Shown piece after piece: positions 25,561 to 38,289 of a stretch of DNA of 64,000 nucleotides. The stretch spans positions 56,050,001-56,114,000 of the forward strand of contig NW_024704743.1 in the NCBI RefSeq assembly GCF_018977255.1, in the 5' to 3' direction. The stretch's first letter is position 1, and each line of letters starts with the position of its first letter. The notes beneath the pieces were generated by a model. That model had not been told where the DNA came from and did no database searches. It was given only the letters and a program-made list of their open reading frames with translations. The translations under genes and the position numbers were made by a program. Source of the DNA: Callorhinchus milii. Its lineage: Eukaryota.

Positions 25561-25804
25561 GTCTCTGATTTGACGTAACAATGTAGCTAAATATATTCAC
25601 TGGCCAATTTATAAACACGTTTTGTTTGGTCAGCCGGGTGTCTGATGCATGCGGAAGTCCAAGAGTTGAAATCCAATTTGAAATTTCCATGCAGATGGAA
25701 ATGTATGTACAGATAGAACTGTAATCTGTAACAAACCAGATATTATCATGAAGAAACAAATAGATTGTACATGCCATTTTATTGATGTGGTTATTCCAAG
25801 TAAC

Positions 25805-27186
25805 CCATTCATTATTCGAACCCCTTCAGTCGGGTTTCCGTGCTGTCCATAGCACAGAAACTGCCCTGGTCAAGGTCACCAATGACATCCTGACCATCTG
25901 CGACCAGGGCTCCCTCTGCCTCCTTGACCTATCGGCAGCATTTGATACGGTTGACCACGCTATCCTCCTCCACCGCTTGTCCTCCCACTTCAACCTTCAA
26001 GGCACTGTCCTTGAGTGGTTTAGGTCGTACCTCTCCCACCGTCTTCACTTTGTTTCCACGAATGGCTTTTCCTCCACCCCCCGCACTGTCTCGTACGGTG
26101 TCCCTCAGGGCTCTGTCCTCGGTCCCCTCCTCTTCACCCTCTATATGCTCCCCCTTGGTGACATCATCCGCAGACATGGGGTTAACTTCCACATGTATGC
26201 GGATGACACCCAACTCTACCTTTACCCTCAACACCACGACTACCGATGTCCTGACAGCCTGTCTGTCTGACATTGAGTCCTGGACGAGAGACAACTTTCT
26301 TCAGCTCAACGTGCATAAAACTGAGGCTCTCCTGATTGGCTCACGTCAGTGCCTCCGCACCTCAGGCGCTGACAGCATCAGCATCCAAGGCTGCACTCTC
26401 CACCTCTCAAAGCCAATCAGGAACCTCGGCGTTTTGTTCGACCCTGAGCTGTCCTTTCTCCCTCATATCCGCCCCACAACTGGCACCGCCTTCCATCACC
26501 TCCGGAATATCGCCAGACTACGGCACTACCTCACCCCTCACGCTGCTGAAACTCTGGTCCACACCTTTATCACCTCAAGGCTGGACTATGGGAACTCTCT
26601 CCTCGCCGGCCTTCCCGGCACCTCCCTCCACAAGCTGCAGGTCATTCAGAACTCTGCAGCTCGTGTACTGTCCCGCACCAGGCTTCGCGACCACATCACT
26701 CCCACCCTCGCTCGCCTCCACTGGCTCCCCATCCCCCAGAGGATCGAATTCAAGATCCTCATCCTCACCTACAAGGCCATTCACGGCCTTGCTCCCTCCT
26801 ACCTCTCCGACCTACTATCCCCCTACCTACCTGCCCGTACCCTCCGTTCCTCTGGCTCCGGTCTGCTCCACATCCCCGCCCCAACCGCCCTACCATCGGT
26901 GGCCGGGCCTTCAGCCTCTCAGCCCCGAGGCTCTGGAACTCCATCCCCCAGTGCCTTCGCCGCTTCCTCCCTTTCCTCCTTCAAGGCCGGTCTCAAGACC
27001 TTTCTCTTTGACCGTGCCTTCAGCTCCCCTCTCGACTCTCTACCCCCTCCTCGCTCCCTCCCTTCCCTCCCCTCACCCTGACCATTTCCCCCCGGCTTGG
27101 GTCCTGACCCAACTGTACAGCGCCTTGGGATGTCCTCCCAACGTGAAAGGCGCTCTATAAATGGAATCTAGTAGTAGTAGTAGTAG
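25805..27186 (+). mobile_element. Young 5'-truncated L2 LINE (~1.4 kb), RT to 3' end
   Basis: [32 protein letters not shown]; highly similar to 6965-8345; (TAG)6 tail; AGTAAC duplicated at 25799-25804 and 27185-27190. Confidence 0.97.
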
Positions 27187-28129
27187 TAACTACAAAGTAA
27201 GAAATAAGGAACCAAAGATCAGAAAATATATCAATCTACAAATTGAATGCGGACGTAGGTGGCATGTTTTGTGGGCAAATGCAACAGCAAACCTGTGCAT
27301 AGCATGCAGTGATTGATCAGTTTTATCGGGGGATTTTTCACCGAGAAACTCCTTTCACTTTTCGAATATTTCCATGGAATCTTTACTGTCCACTTGAACA
27401 GTAGACAGGACCTCGGTTTAACATCTCACCGGTAGGAGTATTAACTACTTTTATAGAGATTTTGTTCATTCACATGCAGAATTCTTATGATTAGGATAGA
27501 TGTGCAGACATCAACATGGTATGCCGAATGAGAGGACAAAGCATCCTTTACCGACTTGTCTGGTAACCAGATGCAATGCTGGGCAGAACAGTATTCAGCA
27601 TGACATACATTAAGATAATAACATTATTGGGCTGAAACTATGAAAAGTATTTCAATATAAAAATAGAAAAAGTGGATGATTTTGTTATATTTATAGTCTG
27701 TGCAACTGTAGAGAAATGTAACAACATTACACATGGAGCAAGAAAAGATTAATTGGTCTATCGAGCCCTCTGTCCAATAGGCCACATACAATTACCTTTA
27801 TCACAGGCTTTCTATCGATTTACTTTATCTCCTGAAGGAGATGAATACCCACCTACACAATTGCCAAAGGTTTAGACTTTGACATTTTCCATGATTCTCC
27901 CCACCCCTCCGAGATGATATACTGAAAACTCAAGGATACGTCATTCAGCCCAATTAAGTGTAGCATTACCATTGCCATTACCCTGGTAAGACACAAATCG
28001 TAAGTCTGTAGAGTATTTTGAGACATTCCTACAACATTTAAAGCTATACATCAATTGTAATTGTTTTGTATTGTGTATATGCAGGCAAACATGACAGCTA
28101 ATTTGCACATAGCAATGTACATTGAATGG

Positions 28130-28570
28130 GAATACAGCATGGAAAAAACAGGCCATTCAGCCCAACTAGTTTGTGCTGATGTTTATTCATCACAAGAACC
28201 TCCAACCCTTTTAATCCCCTCTCCCATAACTGCTATTCTCTTGTTCCTCTTATATGCATCAACAAAATGTTGGAATTGAGCCAGCTGTGGTGATCTTGGT
28301 AGTCTGGTTCCTGAGCCAGGCGAGTCCGCAGTATTCCAGGCCACCGCTGACGACAGTGGGGTCCCCAAGCCTTTGCTCTTGCCAACCTGCGCCTCATACA
28401 TTCCGCAGTTAGGTAAACAGGATGCGTCCCTCCAGGGAGAGAGTGCGCATTCCATTTCAACAATCTATCTCTGGATTTTCCATGTGTAGGTGGGATGTAT
28501 GGAATTCTCAGTTTGGTTTGGATACTCTTTCTTCAGCATGGTGATGGGATTCCACATGTGACACCCGGCT
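28130..28570 (-). mobile_element. CR1-like 3' end joined to a family X segment
   Basis: acaggccattcagcccaactagtttgtgctg terminus; X homology from ~28273. Confidence 0.6.
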
Positions 28571-28916
28571 AATCAAAAACAAGCATAACATTGCCTCTTA
28601 AGAAGGAAAGTGAGGAACTATCTCGATATCCTATGAAGCAGCAATCACATGCCATCTATTGGGCTCAGATCAAAGCTGGACTCAGTTTTCAAAAGTCAAA
28701 AGTAATTTCTAAAAAAAAAACAGAGTGAGCCCACATCCAATGCACAGTATTATTGAATCACAGAAATCTCACAGCATTTCTGTATTTTAGGGGAATCTTA
28801 GATAAACGTTTTTAAGTTATTATGTTCTGTTTCTGGTGATGATTCTGGTGGTGATACATTTAAAATGCATCTATTTCTATTTAAATTGTACACTTGTCAA
28901 AGGTGATGAACGTAAC

Positions 28917-29004
28917 ACAATGGAATGAAAATTACGACATGTGATATGTTAATTGTCAACGATGATAATTAATATGTCACAAGTCACAATTTTCACCCCA
29001 TTGT
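28917..29004. repeat. 88-bp imperfect palindrome (MITE-like)
   Basis: ~42-bp arms acaatggaatgaaaattacgacatgtgatatgttaattgtca / tgataattaatatgtcacaagtcacaattttcaccccattgt. Confidence 0.7.
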
Positions 29005-31212
29005 TGTTTTTCTTCCTTGTTGTGTCTTACAATTAGCTTGTCCATCATTCTAAAGAATCTCCAGGTGGTGTAGCTAAATCTCCCTTACATCCCACTGCTT
29101 TTAAAACCTTTCTAAAAATCTTCCTCTATCACCTCTCCTTTGTCATTTCCCTCCTACCTTCCTCTCTCCTTCCCCTCCCTATTTCCACCATTCCCTGCTC
29201 AGGCTCCCACTCTGTTTCTGTGAAGTTTTCCTAAATGAAATGCACAATTCGAAATGAGAATGGGGTGTCTCCTGACCAACAATTCTACAAACAAAATTGG
29301 TTTTCATTTCATGAGTTTTTGTGGGACCTTGCTATGGCAAATTGTCTTCCACGTTTGCTACAGATAAAGTCACTGCACTTTACGGTAAGTTCTGTGAAGC
29401 ATTTTGAGACATTTGCCAACAACAATTTGCATTTATGTAGTGTCCTTTGCATAGGGTGGCATCTCAGAGGGCTTGAATTATTATTATTATATTCACAAGT
29501 TTTTTTTTGTATTGCTAAAACTGTAAACCACAGGATAACACACAAGAAATTAGGGCAATTTTGACTGGAGTCGTGTAAAAAGGAAAGCATTATTGCAATG
29601 ATTTGTCCAGAGAATTAGAATGGTCATTTCATGCTTGTCTTCGACAATGATCCTCACTTTTTTTTAAAGAAAGTGTGAATTGTGAAGGTCTAATATTTCC
29701 CGCATACTTCTCCTTGACATCAGTTGGATCCCCAGCTGGCCTTCTTATGCCACATCCAGTTCCTGACCAGGAATACTTGACTTCACCTTTGCCACATCGT
29801 CCACCTCCAACCACACCTTAATGTAACTCAGCTGAAACCCTTTTCCATGCATTCGTCATCTCTCAGCTCAATTATTCCAATCCATTCCTCAGCAATCTCC
29901 CCAGCTCCATCACTCATAAACTCCAATTTATTCAAAACAGTTGCCCATACCCTTAATCATATTAAGTTGTTATTGTTGTTATTACTGTATCTTATATTTA
30001 CGGGTATGCCTTTTCAACGCCCACAAGCAACAATTTGAACAGAATTTATTTAGAAATACTCTAATTTGACCCTTTGTTTGCTGGATAAATAAAGCCACTG
30101 CATAGTTTACACAATTAATGGTTTATTTATGAAGCAAGAGTATATTCTTCAAAGTTGATCCTCCCATACCATTCTACCCTGCTCATAAATCTCCATGTTG
30201 TTCAATAATATATGGTATGATTTACAAAATACAATGTCACACATAAAAGATAAGCTGAATAGAATACTTTGTTTTCAATTTAGCACAATATATCTTTAAA
30301 TATTCATTGCAAAACCAAAATGTGTACCTTATCCCTGAAGAAGTATTTTGTAAATATTTGATGTTACTAGCGACAGGTTTCAACAGTGAATAGTGTTGTG
30401 TTACTAATAAGCATTATTGGTGTTAGAATTGTAGTGTTTATATTATGTGCATTATATGCATGATGACATACACACTGCCTGAGGTACACACTGCCAACAC
30501 AACACTTATTGCGGTGAGTAAAGTTCAGATAACAAAGTAATCGGGGGTGGGGGGTATTCAGAAGAGGAGGAAATGAGTCAGGCCAATGCAGTATGTTAAG
30601 GTCAAAAGTTTGACTCACTTATATTAACTATGGCTGAATGCAATGAACCAAGTTGCATCAATCCATTTATGTCATAGCGTTTTCGTGTAAAGTGTCTCCT
30701 GGAATCAGAAACAATTTACATCTTGTTGTGGATGAACATGTTAGAATTGCCCTTTGCGAAGCCGGATAAAGTTGTTGTAGCTAAGATGTGATGTTCACAG
30801 TTTGCCAACTAGTGAATTCTACTCACAAGCCTCAACTTCTGTCACACCAATCCACAGGAACACTGTTCAAATCCAGAATATTTTGCTTCAGATTGGAGCT
30901 CCCGTGTGAGCCATTTCTGATAATCAAGCAGAGGTCACTGCTTGTGATTTAGAATTGTTTTTTTGTGAAAGCATAGACAATTTCAACACAGAAGGAGACC
31001 ATTCAGCCCATCATGTCTATTTGAAGATATCACACGATGAAACCTACTTTTTGCTTTTTAAGTGTTTTAGGCAAAAGTGCCATGGGGCCACGTATTCAAC
31101 ATTTTTTTTTCATTTTTTATTTGTTTACAATAAAATAGTAAAATGAATTGAAATTGTAAACATACCTGTATTCATATAAAATAATATTCAATGTATTTGG
31201 TAAATCTTTGTG

Positions 31213-31640
31213 ATAATAATAATCCTTACATATGAGAGAGCACCTTTCATATCAGAGGCCAGAACATGTCAAAAAGCTTTACAGGATATATTGGAAAGCA
31301 TAGTGGCTGTGGGTTCTGTGGATTACCATGGCAGCCAATTTGCACAAAGCAGATGTCCCACATGCAGCCACAAAATAAAGTGAGTGACCAATTTTTATCT
31401 GGGGGATTGTTGGCCAGGACACCGGGAGAAACTCCCTTCTCTTTTTAAATTGTGTCATGGGAACTTTAAAGTTCACCTGAACAAGCCAATAGGGCTTTGG
31501 TTTAACGTCTCCATCAATGCAGCACATCCCTAGGACTGCACTGCAGTGTCATCTTAGACTATATGAGTTCCCGATGTGAGGCTTCAACCCACGGTCTTCT
31601 GACTCAGAATACTATAAACTGAGACAGGCTGGTTCAGCCA
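31213..31640 (-). mobile_element. Old Deu-type SINE
   Basis: ggcagccaatttgcacaaagcag core; head-like ggcttcaacccacggtcttctgactcaga. Confidence 0.8.
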
Positions 31641-31699
31641 CAGCAGGAATATTGTTTTATGGGTACCATACTCTGGAAAGAGCATTAGAATTATGGAGT

Positions 31700-32170
31700 C
31701 AATGTACCGTAGATTCATGAGGATCATACAAGAGAGAAAAGACTATGATGAAAGGCTGGATAGATTAGGACTCTATCTATTGGAGGAGCGAAGACTAAAG
31801 GTATTACGATAGAAATGTTTAAGATAATGAAAGAGATTTGAGAAGACATGATGAGAAATTATTTCCACTAGTTGATGATTCAAGGACAAGAGGGCATGAA
31901 TTTTAAATTATAATGAGAACCTGAAAGGGGAAGTTAAGGAAAAAAAATGTTTTCCCAGAGGATTATCAGAAATAGAATTACTTGCTAGGGGTGGTTGTTG
32001 GAGCAGAGTTGATTGGGGACATTTAAAGTTATATTGGATAAGCACACGAGGAGGAATGGATTTACTGGGCAAAAAGGAAAAGTAAGGAATTTGGAATAGG
32101 ACAGATTAATTTATTGGAGAAGTAAACATTATTAAATGGGTTGGATGGCCTTATACCAGGCTATGTAATA
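31700..32170 (+). mobile_element. Degraded CR1 3' region
   Basis: RL.RLGLYLLEERRL and SRTRGHEF-like codons. Confidence 0.75.
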
Positions 32171-32182
32171 TTTTCATAATAA

Positions 32183-33020
32183 ATAATAATTATCCTTTCA
32201 TCTGATATAGGACCTTCCTCAATGGGAGAACATCTCAAATAACTTAATGGGATTTACTTTTAATTGTAGTGACTGCATTTTGTAGGTGAACACAGCAAAT
32301 TTCGACATAGCCATGTGCCACAACAATATCAACAACAACAACAAACAACAATGCATTTGAATAGTTCCCTTCACTGGGTGGCATCTTGGTGCACGTAACA
32401 GCAGTATGGTTTGGCACTGAACTGAAAAGGGAAGGGAGGCTACAGTTGAAGAGGAAAATCTTCAGGTGTGATTTGAAGATTGGCAAAGAGGGGGCAAGAC
32501 AGAGGTATTGAGGCAAGAAGTTCCAGAGATTCGAGGTATAGTGGCTGAAAGCATAGACCCTAATTGTGGAGCAGAGAGGTCTAGTGACTTGCAGAATATC
32601 CGAGCCAGCTGAGTGAAGGCTAGCGGTTAGTGTGAGCAGATTGGAGAGGTAGGGAGGAGGTGCAAGGCATGAAGAGATTTTAAGGTAAGAGGTCAGATCT
32701 TGAAATTGATCCGTTCTGTAATGGAGAGCCAGTGGAGCCTGGCAAGAACTGGTGTGATTATGGTGCGAAGCCAGGCATGGGTGAGTGAATGGTAGAGTTT
32801 TGAATCAAACAACCATGCAGTGAATGAAAAATCTTTTCTGGAGACAAATGGGAACTTGGTTTAACATCTCATCCAAAGAGTGGCATCTCCGACAATGCTG
32901 CACATCCCCAGCGCTGTATTGGAGTGTCAGCCTAGACTGTGAGTTCAGAGTTCCAATATGGGGCTTGAACCAACAAACTTCTGACTCAGAGGCAAAAGTG
33001 CCACCAATTAAGCCAGACAG
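32183..33020 (-). mobile_element. Old SINE interrupted by an old L2 3' fragment (~32330-32800)
   Basis: SINE tail at 32183; (CAA)n L2 tail at ~32330; SINE body and head resume at ~32850-33015. Confidence 0.7.
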
Positions 33021-33649
33021 TGGGCCTATTAAGCTTCTTCCAGATAAACTCTTTCCTTTCTACATGAACGTTAACGGACATGACATTTTACACATAAATT
33101 CCACTGTCCACCTCAGAACTCTGATTATTACAGATTTCCTGTTCAGGGTTTACAGCTTCATCTCTGAGGGAAAGTCAAGGACTACAGAATAGTTTCCAAA
33201 AGCTCATTCACTTTGTTTCACACACTTGGATCACACTGCAGAAGAGGCCAAATACTATAATTGATCACCAGAATACTGGTTTGGTATTGCATGCCCTGAA
33301 TCATTATCTATACAAGTCCATCACTATCTGAGCAGGTTCCACTGTAAATGCAGACATCTCATTACAAATATAGCAGTTAAGCATAGATTTATTCTCTTTT
33401 CTAAAAAAATAATGAGATGGGATGAAAATTCAATTTGCTGCCACATTCAATGTTCTTCCTTTATATTCTCTAAATTATTCAAAGTAATTGAATGCTAACC
33501 TGGCATATCTTTGTTGCATGTTCTAAACTTAAAAAAAACTGGAATGTGGATTATAACCACAGTGGTTATAATGCATTCTCTCTGTTCCACCCACACTGAT
33601 GAAATAATAATGATAATAATAATCCTTGCATTTGATATAGCGTCTCCAT

Positions 33650-33952
33650 GTCCATGTCTCCCGCCCAACCCGCCCTACCATCGGTGGCCGGGCTTTCAGC
33701 CTCTCTGCCCCCACACTCTGGAATTCCATCCCATGGTCCCTTCACCTCGCTTCCTCCCTTGCCTCCTTCAAAACCGGTCTTAAGATCCTCCTCTTCGATC
33801 GTGCCTTTGGTCACCCTCCCACTTCTTTGCCTTCCCTCACACCTACACCACCCCCCCTCCATGCTCGAGTCCCGACCCCTGACTGTTCAAGTGCTTTGGG
33901 AAGTCCTCCCAACGTGAAAGGCGCTCTATAAATGTAATTTTGTTGTTGTTGT
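33650..33952 (+). mobile_element. L2 3' end inserted in a minus-strand SINE tail (33604-33645 and 33956-34045)
   Basis: ccctaccatcggtggccgggctttcagc...cgtgaaaggcgctctataaatgtaatt(ttg)n; SINE tail gatatagcg|ttatcatgtc rejoins. Confidence 0.85.
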
Positions 33953-34459
33953 TTTCTTATCATGTCTTTGGGATGTCTCAAAACACTTCACAACACGCTT
34001 TACTTTACAGTGAAATGAATTGATTGTATATTTTGTGGGCGAAAGTATTTTTATGCTTGTATTGACCACTTCTACTTGGTCCTTAATTTAAGGTGATGCC
34101 TTTTTTTTTAAAAGCAGGTTGAAGGTAGAAACAATTGTGGTTTCTGTTTTGCTTTCAAAACAGTTTTCTAATTATAAAAGAAGTATAATTGATACATTCC
34201 ATTGGTATCATTAGTAAAAAATAATTTTTTGCTCATGAAATATACAGTCAATTCACTTTACAGTATATTCTGTGAAGCGCTTTGAGAAGTCTTGAAGATG
34301 TGACACGGAGCTACATCAAATGCAAGGATTATGATTATTTTTTGATAATTTCTTTTCAATATTTAGCAATATTTTCCCCTACAGTTATGAGAGTACAACA
34401 TTTGAAGAAATTCAAGTTTATTCACCAAGATTTTTCAACAATGCATTTTTACAATACAT

Positions 34460-35140
34460 CCATGCCATGACCCGCTCTGCCTTCCCCCACCTCCGCAACA
34501 TCGCTCGGTTCCACCACTGTCTCACACCGCCGAGACCCTCATACACGCATTCGTAACATCCAGGCTTAACTACTCAAGCTCCATGCTTGTCGGCCTCCCC
34601 AACTCCTCCCTCCACAGGCTGCAGATCATCCAGAACTCTGTAGCCCATGTTCTCTTCTGAACCAGGCTCCACGATCCTATCACCCGCAACCTCATCCGAC
34701 TCCACTGGTTTCCCATCACACAGAGGATACAGTTCAAGATTCTGGTCCTCCCCTTCAAAGCCCTCCATGGTCTTGCTACCCACAGCCTCTGCAACCTCCT
34801 AATCCACTGCCACCCTGCCCACTCCCTCCGTTCAGGAGTCTCTGGCCTGTTTCATGTCCCCCGCCTCGCCCGCCCCACCATTGGTGGGCGGTCCTTCAAC
34901 CACTCTGTCCACACCCTCGAGAACTCCATCCCACAGTCCCTCCGCCTCGCCCCCTCCCTTGCCACCTTTAAGACTCTTCTCAAAACCCTCCTCTTCAACC
35001 TTGCCTTTGATTATTCTCCTTTACCCCTGTCCCCACCATCCCCAATCCCAATCCCCAGCTTGGGACCGAAACACTGATTGTCCAGCGCCTTGGGACATCC
35101 TCCCGACGTGAAAGGTGCTATACATATGTAATTTTGTTTT
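34460..35140 (+). mobile_element. L2 3' fragment, intermediate age
   Basis: HLRNIAR-, LQIIQNS- and LHWFP-like codons plus L2 terminus. Confidence 0.88.
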
Positions 35141-36099
35141 AGCATCTTGTAATTACTTAAAATTACAATACAAAAATTACATTTGTATAGTGCCTTTCAT
35201 GTTGGGAGGATGTACCTAGGTGCTGGGAAGTAATTCTTAAATTCTGACTACATTTATATCCTGATTATTACTGCAGAAAGAAAAATAATTATGTGTTTGT
35301 AAAACCTCAATATAAATTTTTAAAAATTCTTATTCTAACTTTTTTAACACTACACTGAACCATAGAACTGTATGTTTTTTTGGGGTCAGTGTTCTCTCCA
35401 CTATCCATTCCAATCTCAATTCTCTGCTCTTTCCCCATACCCTCTAATGTGCTTCCTCTCTGCCTGCGCTTCTTCAATCCTTCTCTAAATCTTGTTGTAC
35501 ATTTTGTTGTAAATTGTTCTGGGGTGGTCTACATTTTGGCATATGGTTGAGATGCATTTTTTTGTTTAAGAATTTTTTTCCAATTTTAAGAATTTGATAT
35601 TCGATTTATTTGCTTTTTTGTCCTGCACATTTATATGACTCCTGAAGAACTTAGAATTGTTTCTTACTATCCAAGCCTTTGTAAGGAATTAATGACTGCA
35701 AAGCATCCATTCAGATGTTAGCTTTTACTGAACCGTGCGTTAATAGTAACCAATGAAGTATGGAAAGTGGCCCAATTCCAAATCTAGATTTTCAAACGAT
35801 TACTGTTAATCAAATGATCTTACCTCAGGAAGTTTAAAGAGGGCCAAAAGCTTTGATTCCATTCTGCATGGTGGTAGCTTGAGTCCCCTCATGAGAGGCA
35901 GTGAGGACCTAAGGAAGATTTTTCATTGCAATGCTGTCAGACATAAATTTTAGTATAACAGGAATTGATGCCAAAGGTCATTATTCAGATTACTAAATCA
36001 CAAGAGAGGTTTGGATAAAGAAGGCCCTTTGGGCCAATTTATCTAAATTCTTCAGATTACACAACTCTATTCTCTTCTCCATTAAAACATCAAGCAGTT

Positions 36100-36425
36100 T
36101 CTTAAATAAATGCAGGTTTCTAAGAAGCCTAATAAAACCAGAGGACACGCCCTGCAATTGAAGGCGGGGGTAAATTCAGAATGAATCTCTGTAAACACTA
36201 TTTCAGTGAGTGAATAGTGAACCTGTGGAATAGGCTGCCTTAGGAGATAGTTGAAGCAGGAAGTGTTGATTCTTTCAAACACAGATTATAGTTTTCTTTT
36301 AGGAAATAACATTATGGGATATAGTACATAGGTAGTTTGGATATATGTGCATGCGACTGCCAGGAAAGTGGAAGGCAAACTAGATGGACTTTGGTCTTTT
36401 TTTGTCTAGCATTTCTTATGTTCTA
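36100..36425 (+). mobile_element. CR1-like 3' end
   Basis: KTRGH-like codons; terminus ctagcatttcttatgttct. Confidence 0.7.
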
Positions 36426-36514
36426 ATAAAAACCCTTCACAATCGTGAATTTATGCTATCTTGTCTGAATGGTGTGTCTGAAAGTAATATTCTGGATTTA
36501 ATTTGTGGAATCCT

Positions 36515-36950
36515 ATAGAGTATTGGTTAGAGCACTTGTCTCGCAAGCAAGAGGACCTGGTTCGATTCCAGGCAAGGCAAAACATTAGGGAAGTTTCCTT
36601 ACTCCATATGTCTTTGTTTACCTTGCAGTAAGTATGAACCTGGTTGTTAGTTGATTGGTGGATCACTTTTCCAGGGGTAATAATTCTTTAAAAAATATTT
36701 TTTAAGTAAAACACATTTTGGTTACTCAATCCATGACTGCTCGTGGGGATACTGCTGTATTATACAGTCAAGTAAGACCGTAAGAAATACTAGATGAAAA
36801 AAGACCAAAGTCCTTCTAGTTTGCCATCCAGCTTCCTTGCGGTCACATGCACATATGTCCCAAGCTATTTACTATAAAGTAACTTTACAGTATACTCTGC
36901 AAAGCGCTGAAATGTCTTGAAGATGTGATAAGGCGCCATATCAAATTCTC
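36515..36950 (+). mobile_element. tRNA-Ala SINE containing a short antisense CR1 3' end (~36770-36875)
   Basis: Head ggttagagcacttgtctcgcaagcaagaggacctggttcgattcc; insert is the reverse complement of ~36325-36420. Confidence 0.75.
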
Positions 36951-37289
36951 TTTTCCCACTGTATTACTATAGGGAAATATTAAGCACAACAAAGAGAAAT
37001 CAACTGATAGCTAGGTTTAGGCAACAGAGGTATGAGGAGAGTTAATAGAGCTGGCAGTCTACCAATTGGATAAAGGGGGCTTGAGGAGTATTCAAGATCC
37101 TTGGGGTATAGATAAATTGAACTGAATAATATTTTTTATCTTAACAAACATTGCAGTAAGAGGCAGGGATTCAAGATCAGAGGCCAGAAATGCTATCCAG
37201 TCTTTATTTTCTAATTTTCTCCCTAGCAATGGCAATTATGACTCTGCTCCTGTTCACCAGCCTTCTCTTGTTGGTGTGTTATTCCACAG

Positions 37290-37585
37290 ATACTGGCTGC
37301 CCTCTGTTACCCTGTCCAAATGGCTATTGTTCAGTGTCGATGGGCCACTCGACAATAACTGAGCCTGATCTCTCCCCACCCAGCTGACACACAGACACAC
37401 ACGCACAGACAGCAGAGTGTTCTGAAGAGAGACAAGGGCCAGGAATTGAGTCTGATTTTACCTTCCTTAACCATGGATAGGCCAATTTAGCCTCACTATG
37501 GAGCCCAGGCTGAACCCAATAAAGTAATCACAGACAAGGAATTGAACCAGCAAATTCCTAGTCTGTAAGATACAGCACTATTTAC
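37290..37585 (-). mobile_element. Ancient tRNA-headed SINE, tentatively AmnSINE2-like; related copies at ~40440-40650 (+) and ~53840-54065 (-)
   Basis: cacagacaagggaattgaacc head; ccaatttagcctcact and ctgattttacct body shared among copies; family name from memory only. Confidence 0.4.
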
Positions 37586-38289
37586 CTTATGATCAGGCTG
37601 CCCCTGATATCTAACCTTTTTGGTAAGCCATTTAGTCTTAAAATTATAGAAAATTCTTTAATTCAGTTTGAAGCGCTACTCCTCATTGCTCCATATGTTA
37701 ATCAGTGTTATTGGGCTAGCTAGAATTTTCACACAGGCGATAATATACGATCTGCATTGAGTTCTATGGAAACCAGCTGGGTACTGGAAGAGAAAAGTGT
37801 TATTGCGCCTACCATTCACACAGATTAACAGTAGGAAAGGGTAGAAGGGAATGAAACTTCATTTCTGAGTGTTGTATGAACCTGATTACTTTACAGACAG
37901 TTCTATAGGGACAGAAGACTGAAAGCAATGGATTTATGTCAGGTTACATCACTCCAGTTTTGCTTTCAAAGCAACCTCACACCTCTTCATTCCTTACAAT
38001 AAAAGGAAACTCTTTTGATTTATTGTTCAGTAAGTTCCTGAGTAGGTTCCTAATCCATTTTATGTCTGGTGATAAATTAGCAACAGGCATTTGAAAAAGT
38101 AAAGAAAGCGATGGTTTGCACTTCTCAGACTTGGAACCCCAGCATTTTCAATATCTCTCGCTTCTAACCTCAAGAATATCAAAATTAAATGAACTGGACC
38201 ACAATGAAGAGTCGCGGCAGAACATGGCAGATTAGGATGAAACTGATTTTATTACCATGGTTAAATATGTGGCTCACAATTACTTTGTC

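Larger units (their letters stand above)
25140..27268 (+). mobile_element. R4/Dong-clade non-LTR retrotransposon C-terminal fragment (zinc knuckle and restriction-like endonuclease) split by a SINE and an L2
   Basis: Manual translation: YKNKILKRNSDPKC*LCP*APE(fs)VDQILSSRPALVQSE / *RNNVAKYIHWPIYKH / [59 protein letters not shown]; own segments are ~25140-25260, 25561-25804 and 27191-27268. Confidence 0.85.

Noticed and set aside
25782..27160. 385-aa and 274-aa ORFs as host genes
   Set aside because: Frameshifted L2 RT and its shadow frame
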